Source of the DNA: a virus
Reading direction: 5' to 3' (one strand)
DNA length: 64,000 bases
Virus record (IMG/VR): IMGVR_UViG_3300045988_129625
Location: 1 to 64,000 of that record
Shown: positions 63,792 through 64,000 of the stretch, in pieces
Layout: each line of letters opens with the position of its first letter
How positions within the stretch are numbered: the stretch's first letter is position 1
Position numbers and translations under genes: made by a program
The notes under the pieces: generated by a model
Seen by the model: the letters and a program-made list of their open reading frames with translations, nothing else
Told to the model about the DNA's origin: nothing
The model's database searches: none

Positions 63792-63993
63792 AATTTTTTT
63801 GCAAAAAATCGTTCAACTTACTAAACTTGTCATTCATGTTGGGCATGATATTTATTCCTCTCATATACGGATCCCTCATCTGATCAAGACGCTCTTGAAC
63901 AGCCTCCTTCACGTATTTTACAAAGAAGTACTGAGGACACTTCTGGTGAATGTTATTCCAGTAATCCGCATACTCATCATTACCAGGATCCAA
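63784..63993 (-). CDS. hypothetical protein (69 aa)
   Basis: ORF; stop overlaps the giant gene start. Confidence 0.45.
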   Translation of the reverse strand: MDPGNDEYADYWNNIHQKCPQYFFVKYVKEAVQERLDQMRDPYMRGINIMPNMNDKFSKLNDFLQKNYG

Positions 63994-64000
63994 AGGAACA

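Noticed and set aside
490-64000. Genome-wide TGA-to-Trp recoding
   Set aside because: The 2140-, 2110- and 751-aa ORFs and dozens of other genes contain no in-frame TGA. Only iscB shows a same-frame split, so any recoding or readthrough would be gene-specific.

Overview
This window looks like a 64-kb piece of a large double-stranded DNA phage genome (AT-rich, roughly 36-38% GC; most genes lack Shine-Dalgarno sequences, consistent with a Bacteroidota host). It is organised as two convergent modules that meet at a perfect 15-bp inverted-repeat terminator at 40126-40170.

Positions 490-40081 form a plus-strand array of about 70 small, tightly packed genes, many with ATGA start/stop overlaps. It is an early/replication-type module. 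Recognisable products are:
- a DnaB-like helicase, a primase-like Zn/TOPRIM protein and an SF2 DEAD/DEAH helicase;
- a Cas4/RecB-like Fe-S nuclease and a second PD-(D/E)xK nuclease;
- a dATP/dGTP pyrophosphohydrolase-family protein;
- a Pol-beta nucleotidyltransferase with a CCA-adding-like head motif;
- a compact ABC-type ATPase;
- an acyl carrier protein followed by an NfeD-like membrane protein and a flotillin/SPFH protein;
- a KilA-N protein.

Positions 40171-64000 form a minus-strand module with three giant ORFs (2140, 751 and 2110 aa, probably virion or ejected proteins), a Bro-N antirepressor and small genes.

Three RNA-guided-nuclease (OMEGA) genes are embedded:
- an IscB at 19573-20799 whose only defect is a single in-frame TGA sitting exactly at the conserved Trp of the post-bridge-helix GW(L)xPS motif, preceded by a 400-bp structured non-coding region that is a candidate omega RNA;
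- a canonical IS605-family TnpB at 32808-33983, minus strand;
- a divergent TnpB at 52973-54196, minus strand, lacking the canonical RuvC-II glutamate and the CxxC zinc finger.

Other notable non-coding features:
- a tandem-repeat array at the window start (3 x 23 bp, then about 3.6 x 102 bp);
- two tRNA 3'-half-like elements (GGTTCGATTC T-arm plus acceptor strand) beside paralogous Cys-rich genes;
- GC-rich, A-depleted islands, one intergenic with a G10 homopolymer;
- several clean intrinsic terminators.

No rRNA, CRISPR array or reverse transcriptase was seen. All functional calls are from motif recognition by eye. No database search was run.
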